Position numbers and translations under genes: made by a program. Below are positions 28,255-36,707 of a DNA stretch of 64,000 nt, one piece after another. Each line of letters opens with the position of its first letter. Positions within the stretch are counted from its first letter, which is position 1. Under the pieces are notes generated by a model. The model did not search any database. It saw only the letters and a list, made by a program, of their open reading frames with translations, and had not been told where the DNA came from. The DNA comes from Planctomycetota bacterium (GTDB taxonomy: Bacteria > Planctomycetota > PLA2 > JAEUHO01), in assembly GCA_050248855.1 (NCBI GenBank), contig JBFWRP010000010.1:1-64000 (forward strand), given 5' to 3'.

Positions 28255-31200
28255 ATGCCCCGCCTCTCCCTCTCTCGCCTGCTCGGAGCGGCGGCCCTCG
28301 CGCTGGCCGCGCTGGGTGTCGGCGCCGCCGCGGCGCGGGCCGATGACGTCGCGTTGCTCGTGGAGACGTCGCCGGTGCCCGGCGACGTGCTGCCGGTCGT
28401 GGTGCGGACCGACCGGCCCGGCCGCGTGGAGCTGACGCTGGTGCGGCTGGGCAGCGACGCCGCCGCCGTCTCCCACGGTCGCATCGCGCTGACGCGGGAG
28501 CAGATGACGTGGCTGGTCGACGGGCCCGACGCGCGGCGGGCACCGGCGCGTTCGCCGCAGCAGGCTTTCCTGCAGCTGGTCAACGCCGAGGTCGTGGAGC
28601 GCACCACGGTCGAGACGACGGCCGCCGGCCAGCGACTCGCGGCCACGTTGCGACCGAACGCACCCGGGGTGCACGTGGTGGCCGCGCGGTTCGGCCGCGC
28701 ACACGCCCTGGTCCCTGCCGTGGTCTCGGCGCTGGGGCTGGTCGTCAAGCGGCATCCGGAAGGCGCACTCGTCTGGTGTGTCGACCGCCGCAGCGGCAAA
28801 CCCTGGAGCGGCGCGCGCCTCCAGCGCGAGGGCGACGACACGACGTACGTCGCGGGCCGCGACGGGCTCGTGCACATGCCCGACGTGGGGCCGGGCCCGC
28901 TCTCCCTGTCGGCCCTCGCCCTGGATGGCGGCGAGCGCGGCACGTACGTCCATCGCGCCTTCGGCAGCGGGACGTGGCATCCAGCCCTCCCGGCCGGCCG
29001 TCGCGTGCATCTCGCCACGCACCAGCCGGCCTACCGGCCCGGCGACGTCGTCGAGGTGCGCGGCATCGTGCGCGTCGAGACCTCGGCAGGGATGGCCCTG
29101 GACACGACGGCTGCAACCGTGGCCCTCCACCTGGAGGATCCCCAGGGCGCCGCCCACGGCTCGGCCTTGGCCGAGGTCGTCGCCGCCACCGGCACGTTCG
29201 CCGGCACGCTGCGCTTGCCCGCCGAGGCACGGACGGGGGCGTGGCGCGTCGTGGCCACGATCGACGGCGAGACGCATGTGGGCCCGCTGCAGGTGGAAGC
29301 CTGGCGGCGACCGCCGATCGAGACGTCCGTGCGCGTCGCGACGAGCAGCGTGCGCCCGGGGCAGCGGGTGCGCGCCGTCGTCTCCGCGGCGTGGCTCACG
29401 GGCGGCGCCGTGCCCGGTGCCCGCGTCGCGTGGCAGGCCCTGTTCACGCGCGTGGCGCCCGATCCGTTTCCCGAGAGCGAGCTCGTGCGCCTGTTCTTCG
29501 GCAGCGAGCGCCAGGCCTACCGCCCGGAGACGCTGGCCACGGGCAGCGGTCGCCTGGCGCAGGACGGCACCCTGGCCGTCGAGCTGGACGTGCCCGCCGG
29601 CACGCCGGACGGCTTCGTGGCGCTCGTCGCCACCGTCGAGGGACCGGACCGGCTGCACGTGACCGGCCGCGCCTCGCTCGCCGTACGCGCCACGCCGTGG
29701 CGCCTGTCCGTGCGCACGGACCGCTTCGTCTACGGCCTCGAGGACCAACCGCGCGTCGAGCTGCGCCTCGAAGCCGCCGAGGGCGAGCTGCCCGCGGGCC
29801 TCGTCGCGGTCGTCACGCTCGCGCGCTTGGGGACGGACGGACTCGAGACGTGGGCCGAGCCCACGCCCGTACGCCTCGGACCGCACGGACGCGCCGAGAC
29901 CACCGTGGCCCTGGGCGAGAGCGGCCGCTACCGGATCCTCGCCGCGGTGACCACGCCCGACGGCACCACGCCGGCCGCCCACGTGGAGCTCGAAGCGATG
30001 CCGGCCCGGATCACGACCGGCTCGCCCGCGCCGTCGCTGATCGTCACGGCGGACCGCTCCAGCTACGCCCCGGGCGACCGCGCGAGGCTGCTCCTACGCA
30101 CGTCGGGCGACGTGCCCGTCGCGCTGGTCACGATCCAGGGACAGCGTCTGCTCGACACGCGTCTCGTACCCCTCGTGGATGGAACCGGTTGGGTCGAGGT
30201 GGCGCTCGACGAGCGCCATGCGCCCGACGCGTACGTGGCCGTCACGGCGATCGAGCGCGGCGAGGGCGTCACGGTGACGCGTCTCCTGCGCGTGCCCTCG
30301 GCGGCCCCGTTGCTCGACGTGCGCGTGCAGCCGGACGTGGCGACGGCCCGCCCGGGCAGCGAGGTCGCCTTCGACGTGAGCGTTCGCGACCACCGCGGCG
30401 ATCCCGTGGCCGGGGCCGACGTGTCGCTGGCCGTCGTGGACGACGCCCAGCACCAGCTGTTTGCCGCGCCGGCTCCGGCGCTCGCGCGCTTCTTCCACGC
30501 CCCGCGGCGCGACGAGGTCGCGACGGAGGCCTGGTTCCACGTCGACGCGTCCGACCGGGTCGTCGTGGCGGCGCCGACACCCCGCAAGGGCGAGCGCAAC
30601 GGCCGCGCCGGGCGCGACCGCGCCGAGGGCGGCGCGGAGGCGCCGGGCGCCGACGCAGGCGCACCGCTCGGCGCTCCCGCTGCGCAGGACGACGGGGCGC
30701 CGCAACCGCCCGAGTCGCCGCCGCCCACGGGTGCGCCGGCGCCGGAGCCCTCGCCCGACATGGAGGTCCTCGAGGAGTCCGAAGGGGAAGCGGCGCGATC
30801 CGACGACGACGCGGGCGGCGCCACCACCGCTGGGCTCGGCGCGCTGGAGGCCAAGTCCAAGAAGGGCCAGGACGCGCGTGCTGCGGCGCTCGAAGCCGAG
30901 GTGCGCAAGACGTTCCTCGCCGCCCTGCACTGGTCCCCGCATCTGCGGACGGACGCGGGGGGCCGCGCGCGCGTGGTCGGCGTGCGCTTGGCCGACGATC
31001 TCACGCGTTGGCGCGCCACGGCGGAGGCCGTGGACGCCATGACGCGCGTGGGCCACGGCGAGGCCACCGTGGTGGCCGACCTGCCGTTGGAGACGCGCGT
31101 GACGCTGCCGCGCTTCCTGCGTGCGGGCGACGTGGCGGCGGCGCAGGTCGTGGTGCGCAACCGGACAGCAGACGCCCTGGCCGACGTGGTGGTCGAGACG

Positions 31201-33033
31201 ACGTGGGACGGGGCAGGCGTGGGCACGGAGCCGGCGCCCGCGGGGTCGCTGGCGCCCGGGTCCGCCTACGTGGGCACGACGACGCTGGAGGCCGGTGCCG
31301 TCGGCACGCGGACCGTCGAGGTGCGCGCGGGCGCCCGCACGGAGCCGGGCGCGACCGTGGCCGACGCCGAGGCCCGTTCCGTGCCGGTGCACGCGGCCGG
31401 CGTCCCGCGCCGGGTGGCGGCGACCCGGCGCGCCGCCAGCGGTCGTGCCGCCGTGGAGGTCACGGTGCCCGCCGGCGCGGTGGCCGGCACGTGGAGCGGA
31501 CGCGTGATCGTGCAGCCGGGGTTGCGCCGTGCCGTCGAGGACGCGCTCCCCTACCTCGTCGACTACCCGCATGGCTGCACGGAACAGACCATGAGCCGTG
31601 TGGTGCCGCTGGTGGTGGCGCTCGCCAGCCCGTGGCCCGGAGCCGGTACGCCCGACACGGACGAGCGCGCCATTCGCGAGCGGCTCCAGCGCGGTGTGGC
31701 CCGCCTCGAGGAGCTACGCCACGCCGACGGGGGCTTCGGCTGGTGGCCGGGCGACGCCTCCAACGTCGACATGACGGCGCTGGTCCTGGACGGCCTCACG
31801 CGTCTCGTCGCCGCAGGCGGCGGGGATGTGCGCGTCGAGGCGCTACGCCAAGGTGCGGTCGCTTGGCTGGCGGCTTGGCTCGAGCGCACGCGCGGCGACG
31901 AGCCCCCGCAAGGCGCGCCCCACGTCCGCGCGCTGCTGGCGCTCGCGGAAGCCGATCGGCTGGACGCCTCGTGGCTCGCGCCCGCCGTCTCCGCCTGGGC
32001 CCGCAGCGGGGGCGCCGCCGACCCGCTCGGCACGGCGTTGCTGCTGAGGACGGCGCTCGCCGCGCGCGATGCCGCCAGTGCCGGTCGCTTGGCGGCCAAC
32101 CTCGAGGATGCCGCCGTGCGCGAGAGCGACGGTCAGGTGTGGTGGCGGGCCGAGCCCGGCCCGCTCGATCGCTGGGAGCGCGACCCCGTCCACGCGACCG
32201 CCGAGGCGGCGCTCGCGCTCCTGGAGGCCGACGGCGACATGGACCTCGTGCGCGGCGCCGCGCGCTGGCTGCTCGCCCGGCGCGCCGGGGGCACCTACTG
32301 GGGCAGCACGCGCGACACGGCCGCCGTGGTCCGCATGCTGGTGGCGCTGGCCGTCCGCGACGGCGACCCGGGCCAGGCCGGCGAAGTGGCCATCTCGCTC
32401 GGCGGCCAGCCGCTGGCCACCCTGGGCGCCGCAGGCTCGTTCGCCGCAGCGCTCCCCGCCGACGCCCTGCAGGCGGGCGCGCGGCTCGAGGTCGGCGCCG
32501 TCGGTGCGAGCGAGGGTCTCTACGACCTCGTCGTCGTGCTGGACGGCATCGAAGCGGGCGACGCACTCGAGGCGGCCGCGAACGGCATCTCGGTCCAGCG
32601 CACGTGGTGGGTCATCGAGCCCTCGCCCGACGGCACGAGCTGGGTCCGCACGCCCCTGGAGGAGAGCGTCACCGTGGGCGCCCTCGTGGAGAGCGAGATC
32701 GTGGTCAGCGCCGCGAATGACCTGCGCTACCTCATGCTGACGGACCCGCACGTCGCCGGCTTCGAGAGCGAAGACGTGGTCGGCGTGGCCGTGGCGGGCG
32801 CGGCCGCCGCGACGGAGACGACGAGCGACGTGCAAGACGACCGCACGCACGACTGGGTCACCGCGCAGCCCGTGGGCGCCGAGGTGCGCGTGCGCCACCG
32901 CTTCCGCGCCACGCACGTCGGCAGCTGGCGTGCGCTGCCGGCGCAGGCGGAGCTCATGTACTACCCGGACGTCGCTGGCCGCAGTCGCGGTGAGGTCATC
33001 GAGGTCCGGCCGCGCAGGGAGGAGGGACGATGA
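28255..33033 (+). CDS. Bacterial alpha-2-macroglobulin with thioester motif
   Basis: Signal peptide; MG2 QPAYRPGDVV, SLAVVD, VRKTF...W, DDLTRWR, LPRFLRAGD, YPHGCTEQ, DGGFGWW, WGSTRDTA, PAQAELMYYP. Confidence 0.92.
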   Translation: MPRLSLSRLLGAAALALAALGVGAAAARADDVALLVETSPVPGDVLPVVVRTDRPGRVELTLVRLGSDAAAVSHGRIALTREQMTWLVDGPDARRAPARSPQQAFLQLVNAEVVERTTVETTAAGQRLAATLRPNAPGVHVVAARFGRAHALVPAVVSALGLVVKRHPEGALVWCVDRRSGKPWSGARLQREGDDTTYVAGRDGLVHMPDVGPGPLSLSALALDGGERGTYVHRAFGSGTWHPALPAGRRVHLATHQPAYRPGDVVEVRGIVRVETSAGMALDTTAATVALHLEDPQGAAHGSALAEVVAATGTFAGTLRLPAEARTGAWRVVATIDGETHVGPLQVEAWRRPPIETSVRVATSSVRPGQRVRAVVSAAWLTGGAVPGARVAWQALFTRVAPDPFPESELVRLFFGSERQAYRPETLATGSGRLAQDGTLAVELDVPAGTPDGFVALVATVEGPDRLHVTGRASLAVRATPWRLSVRTDRFVYGLEDQPRVELRLEAAEGELPAGLVAVVTLARLGTDGLETWAEPTPVRLGPHGRAETTVALGESGRYRILAAVTTPDGTTPAAHVELEAMPARITTGSPAPSLIVTADRSSYAPGDRARLLLRTSGDVPVALVTIQGQRLLDTRLVPLVDGTGWVEVALDERHAPDAYVAVTAIERGEGVTVTRLLRVPSAAPLLDVRVQPDVATARPGSEVAFDVSVRDHRGDPVAGADVSLAVVDDAQHQLFAAPAPALARFFHAPRRDEVATEAWFHVDASDRVVVAAPTPRKGERNGRAGRDRAEGGAEAPGADAGAPLGAPAAQDDGAPQPPESPPPTGAPAPEPSPDMEVLEESEGEAARSDDDAGGATTAGLGALEAKSKKGQDARAAALEAEVRKTFLAALHWSPHLRTDAGGRARVVGVRLADDLTRWRATAEAVDAMTRVGHGEATVVADLPLETRVTLPRFLRAGDVAAAQVVVRNRTADALADVVVETTWDGAGVGTEPAPAGSLAPGSAYVGTTTLEAGAVGTRTVEVRAGARTEPGATVADAEARSVPVHAAGVPRRVAATRRAASGRAAVEVTVPAGAVAGTWSGRVIVQPGLRRAVEDALPYLVDYPHGCTEQTMSRVVPLVVALASPWPGAGTPDTDERAIRERLQRGVARLEELRHADGGFGWWPGDASNVDMTALVLDGLTRLVAAGGGDVRVEALRQGAVAWLAAWLERTRGDEPPQGAPHVRALLALAEADRLDASWLAPAVSAWARSGGAADPLGTALLLRTALAARDAASAGRLAANLEDAAVRESDGQVWWRAEPGPLDRWERDPVHATAEAALALLEADGDMDLVRGAARWLLARRAGGTYWGSTRDTAAVVRMLVALAVRDGDPGQAGEVAISLGGQPLATLGAAGSFAAALPADALQAGARLEVGAVGASEGLYDLVVVLDGIEAGDALEAAANGISVQRTWWVIEPSPDGTSWVRTPLEESVTVGALVESEIVVSAANDLRYLMLTDPHVAGFESEDVVGVAVAGAAAATETTSDVQDDRTHDWVTAQPVGAEVRVRHRFRATHVGSWRALPAQAELMYYPDVAGRSRGEVIEVRPRREEGR

Positions 33034-33770
33034 CCGGCCCGTGGGGATGGCTCGAACACGGCCGCGCGTGGCGCCTTGCAGCCGCCGCGGCGATGGTCCT
33101 GGCCATGCTGCCGGGTCGTGCCTCGGGGGATGCACCCGCGCCTTCGGCCGCGCCGCTGCGGGTCGTGATCGAGTCGCCGCGCGACGGCTGGACCGATCAA
33201 CGCGTCGTGCGCATCGCCGGCCGCGTCGAGGGACTGGACCAGGGTCGCGTCGCCGTCGTGCTCAACGGCATCGAGGGCTCGGTTGCCGTGCAAGCCGGTC
33301 GCTTCGCGATCGACCAGGTCCTGGCGCCCGGCTGGAACGGGATCGCCGTCGAGGCCCACGCGGGCGAGCGCCACGCGCGGGCCACGCGCTCGTTGTTCGC
33401 CGACGTACCGCGCAAGGACTTGCGCATCACGCTGACGTGGGACACGGACGCGACGGACGTCGACCTGCACGTGACCGGACCCGATGGCGAGACGATCTTC
33501 TACTCGCACAAGCAAGGCGCGGCCGGCGGGTCGCTCGACACCGACGTGACGACGGGCTTCGGACCCGAGACCTACACGCACGCCGACGCACCGGCGGGCA
33601 CGTACCACGTGCTGGCGCACTACTACGGAGCCGCCACCGCGGCGCCCACCCGGATCACGGTGACGGTCGTTCGCCACGAGGGGACACCGGCCGAAGCCCG
33701 CGAAGTCCACCGCGGCGTGCTGCTGGCCCCCGGCGAGAAGCTGCCTCTGGTCGACCTGGCGGTTCCCTGA
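33030..33770 (+). CDS. YfaP/DUF2135 family secreted protein
   Basis: LRITLTWDTDATDVDLHV, LDTDVTTGFGPE, GTYHVLAHYYG; ATGA-coupled to the A2M gene. Confidence 0.88.
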   Translation: MTGPWGWLEHGRAWRLAAAAAMVLAMLPGRASGDAPAPSAAPLRVVIESPRDGWTDQRVVRIAGRVEGLDQGRVAVVLNGIEGSVAVQAGRFAIDQVLAPGWNGIAVEAHAGERHARATRSLFADVPRKDLRITLTWDTDATDVDLHVTGPDGETIFYSHKQGAAGGSLDTDVTTGFGPETYTHADAPAGTYHVLAHYYGAATAAPTRITVTVVRHEGTPAEAREVHRGVLLAPGEKLPLVDLAVP

Positions 33771-33799
33771 GCCGGGCGCGGCCCGGCCCTTCGCCTCCA

Positions 33800-33902
33800 C
33801 CGATGGGAATCCCCCTTCCCATCGGCCCCTGGAGTCCAAGTCCTTCTGCCACGGCAGCTTACGGCCACTCTCCCCGGACTGTCCCCCCCATCGGGAGGAT
33901 GG
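33800..33902. promoter_or_regulatory. Putative operator region: perfect 10-bp inverted repeat plus a third half-site
   Basis: ccgatgggaa (33800-33809), 6-nt spacer, ttcccatcgg (33816-33825); cccatcgg again at 33887-33894, just upstream of a small ORF. Confidence 0.35.
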
Positions 33903-33926
33903 AGCCCGTCCCGAGGAGGGTTTCCC

Positions 33927-34034
33927 ATGTCCACCCGCACGCTCCGCCTGCTGATCTCCGACAGCGAGGCCCGCGCCGAGTGCCTGACGGCACTGATGGT
34001 GGCCTTCGGTCTGGTCGCTGCCCTCCTCGTCTGA
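33927..34034 (+). CDS. Small 35-aa predicted membrane protein (absent from the ORF track)
   Basis: GAGGAGG RBS a few nt before the ATG. Translation MSTRTLRLLISDSEARAECLTALMVAFGLVAALLV has a C-terminal hydrophobic helix and GC3-rich codons. Confidence 0.6.
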   Translation: MSTRTLRLLISDSEARAECLTALMVAFGLVAALLV

Positions 34035-34209
34035 GCAGCTGGGCGCGGCCTGCCAAGGCAGGCCCGGCCTCCGAGGTGCGCCTGGGACTTCTTCCCACGC
34101 TCCGAGCCGGGCTCGGTCGACCGGTCGGCTCCGGATGCGCGACCGCGCGGGGCCGGGGCATCCCCCCGTAGCCCCTTCGCGGTGGGGTCGCGACCCGTAG
34201 CATCCCCGC

Positions 34210-35226
34210 GTGGCGGCTCCTCGTCCGACGTCCCGATCGCTCCTGCACCGGCTGCGCTACTCGCGGGTCACGCACCGACTGACGGTGGGCGGCCTGCTCG
34301 CCGCCACCCGCGTGATGGGCGCGCTGCCCGCACGGTGGATCGCGCCGCTGGGCGATGCGCTCGGGTCGTTGCTGTGGCTCACGGCCAGCCGGTGGCGGCG
34401 AACGGCGCGGCAGAACCTGCGTGCCGTGTTCGGCGACGACCTGGATCGCAACGAACGCCGTCGCATCGCCCGGGAGGCAGCACGGGGCGCCGCCCGTTCG
34501 GCCCTCCTCCTCCTTCACCTGCAGCCCCTCACCGCGGAGCGCTACCGCCGCTGGGTGGACGTGCCCGAGGGTCTGGCCGACGACCCCACCTTCGACCGGC
34601 TGCGCAACGAAGGCGGCGTGCTCGTGTCGGGCCACCTGGGCAACTGGGAGCTGCTGCTGGGCACGCGCGTGGCGTTCCCGCAGATGCCCCCGGTCACCTT
34701 CCTGGTCGAGGCGGCGCCGCACGACGCGATCAACGAGGCGCTCGCACGCCTGCGTCGGCACGGCGGCGACCTGGTGGGGACGTTCCGCGAGGGCGGCGCC
34801 CAGGCGGCCTCCGCCGCCGTGCGTCGGCGCGGCATCGCCGCGTTGCTCGTGGACCGCAACGTGCGTCGCTCCCAAGGGGGCGTCTACGTGCCGTTCCTCG
34901 GCCTCGAGGCGCGGACGACCCCGCTGCCCGCGATGATCGCGCAGCGCCATGGCGTGCCCGTGCACCCGATCTTCTGCCTGCCGATCGAGGGGGGCCGCTA
35001 CCGACTCTGGGTGGGACCGGACCTGACACGAGGGCTGCCCGAGGGCGGCGATCCGCTCGCCTGGCGCCGCGCCCTGCTGGTACGCCTCAACGACGTCTTC
35101 GAAGAGCTGGTCCGCGCGCGACCCGAGCTCTGGGCGTGGTCGATCAAGCGCTACAAGGCGCGGCCCACGGTCGAGCTCGGGCGGTATCCGCCCTACAGCC
35201 TCCACGAGCCTGACCCGGTCACCTGA
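34210..35226 (+). CDS. Lipid A late acyltransferase (LpxL/HtrB-like) / lysophospholipid acyltransferase
   Basis: ARQNLRAVF, GHLGNWE, LLVDR, VPFLG, EELVRARPELWAWSIKRYK. Confidence 0.88.
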   Translation: MAAPRPTSRSLLHRLRYSRVTHRLTVGGLLAATRVMGALPARWIAPLGDALGSLLWLTASRWRRTARQNLRAVFGDDLDRNERRRIAREAARGAARSALLLLHLQPLTAERYRRWVDVPEGLADDPTFDRLRNEGGVLVSGHLGNWELLLGTRVAFPQMPPVTFLVEAAPHDAINEALARLRRHGGDLVGTFREGGAQAASAAVRRRGIAALLVDRNVRRSQGGVYVPFLGLEARTTPLPAMIAQRHGVPVHPIFCLPIEGGRYRLWVGPDLTRGLPEGGDPLAWRRALLVRLNDVFEELVRARPELWAWSIKRYKARPTVELGRYPPYSLHEPDPVT

Positions 35227-35338
35227 GGGCACGCCCGCAGCGCCTCCCGGTCCCGCCATCCGTCGAGCCGGAACCGGCGTTCCAGGGCGGGACCGGTAAA
35301 CTCGCCCGATCCACGTTCGATCCACGAGGACCCCTCCC

Positions 35339-35902
35339 ATGGACGCCACCGAGATCCGCAAGGGCACGTTCCTGACGCACAAGGGCGAGCTCTGGCAGGC
35401 CGTCGAGGTCACGCACCGCACGCCGGGCAACCTGCGCGGCTTCGTCCAGGTCAAGCTGCGCAACGTGCGCACGGGTGGGCACATCACCGAGCGGTTCTCC
35501 TCCAACCAGACGGTGGAGACCGCCTGGCTCGATCGCCGGCGCGCGCAGTACCTCTACGACGACGCGACCCTGGGGCCCGTGTTCATGGACAACGAGTCCT
35601 ACGAGCAGTTCAACCTGCCGCGCGACCTGCTCGGCGACTCGATGAGCTACATCCTGCCCAACCAGGACGTCGACCTGACGTTCCACGAGGGCACGGCCAT
35701 CGGCCTCGACCTGCCGGGCAAGGTGGATCTCGTCGTGACGGATACCGAACCCGCCGTCAAGGGCGACACCGTCAACAGCGTTCTCAAGCCCGCGACGCTG
35801 GAGACGGGCTTGGTCATCAAGGTCCCGAGCTACATCCGCATCGGCGACAAGGTGCGCGTGAGCACGAGCACGGGCGAGTTCCAGGAGCGGGTCAACGACT
35901 GA
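35339..35902 (+). CDS. efp: Translation elongation factor P
   Basis: IRKG, HRTPGNLRGFVQVKLRN, QYLY, FMDNESYEQ, KGDT, KPATLETG, VPSYI. Confidence 0.95.
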   Translation: MDATEIRKGTFLTHKGELWQAVEVTHRTPGNLRGFVQVKLRNVRTGGHITERFSSNQTVETAWLDRRRAQYLYDDATLGPVFMDNESYEQFNLPRDLLGDSMSYILPNQDVDLTFHEGTAIGLDLPGKVDLVVTDTEPAVKGDTVNSVLKPATLETGLVIKVPSYIRIGDKVRVSTSTGEFQERVND

Positions 35903-35927
35903 CGCGCGACCCCGGCTCGGCCGTCGC

Positions 35928-36608
35928 TTGCTGGCCTCGCGCGGCACGTCGGCGGTGGCCCAGGGACTGCTGCGCGCGTACCGCGCGAGCATGTACGGCA
36001 CGTTCCTGTGGGAACACGACCTGCGGTTGCTGGACGTCCTGCGGAGCGACGAGCCGGCCCTGTTCGCCGTATGGCACCAGGACTTCGTGCACACCCTGGG
36101 CTACCTCTCGCGCTGGAACGCGCGGCGGCGCACCTTCGTGCTGGCCAGCGCCAGCCGTGACGGCTCGCTCGCGGCAACGGCCGCGACCGCCATGGGCTTC
36201 CGCGACCCCGTGCGCGGCTCGACGACGCGTGGCGGCCATCGCGCCCTGCTGACGCTCAGGCGGCGCTTGGAGGACGACCCCGCTGCCTCGCTGGCGGTCG
36301 TATGCGACGGCCCGCGCCCGCCGGCCCAGGTCCTGCAGCCTGGCATCGTGCACCTCGCGCAGGCCGACGGTCGCCCCCTGTGGCTCGTACGGACGTCGTT
36401 CGCGAAGCGGTCCGTGCTGGAGCGCTCGTGGGCCCGCTTCCACGTGCCCCACCCGTTCAGTCGCGCCGTGATCCGCGCAGCGGGGCCTTTCCACCTGGCC
36501 CCCACGACGGATCGCGACCAGCTCGAGCGGGAGCGGGTGCGGCTGGAGCGGCGTTTCCACGCGCTCGTCCGCGAGGCGGACGAGCGCGCGACGAGAATGG
36601 GACGCTAG
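35928..36608 (+). CDS. DUF374 / lysophospholipid acyltransferase-like protein (start uncertain)
   Basis: FAVWHQ, SASRDG, VRGST.RGG, DGPRPP, SWARFHVPHPFSR. Confidence 0.82.
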   Translation: MLASRGTSAVAQGLLRAYRASMYGTFLWEHDLRLLDVLRSDEPALFAVWHQDFVHTLGYLSRWNARRRTFVLASASRDGSLAATAATAMGFRDPVRGSTTRGGHRALLTLRRRLEDDPAASLAVVCDGPRPPAQVLQPGIVHLAQADGRPLWLVRTSFAKRSVLERSWARFHVPHPFSRAVIRAAGPFHLAPTTDRDQLERERVRLERRFHALVREADERATRMGR

Positions 36609-36611
36609 GGT

Positions 36612-36702
36612 GGCGGGGAATTCTTCCGCAGCTTGCCGCCCTGCCCTCCGGCACGCCGAAGGGCCCACCGGCAAGCTGCGGAAGAAATCCCCGCCTCCGT
36701 AC
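36612..36702. repeat. REPIN/MITE-like element, family B, complete copy between convergent genes
   Basis: Arms ggcggggaattcttccgcagcttgccg (36612-36638) and cggcaagctgcggaagaaatccccgcc (36669-36695), followed by tccgtac; homologous to 1-67. Confidence 0.88.
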
Positions 36703-36707
36703 AGGGT

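Noticed and set aside
28509..32720. 1403-aa alternative-frame ORF inside the A2M gene
   Set aside because: Its Arg/Gly/Pro-rich composition is typical of a shifted frame of GC-rich coding DNA.
33927..34034. Flp/Tad pilin call for the small ORF
   Set aside because: It lacks the Gly cleavage site and EY motif, is too short, and no tad genes are nearby.
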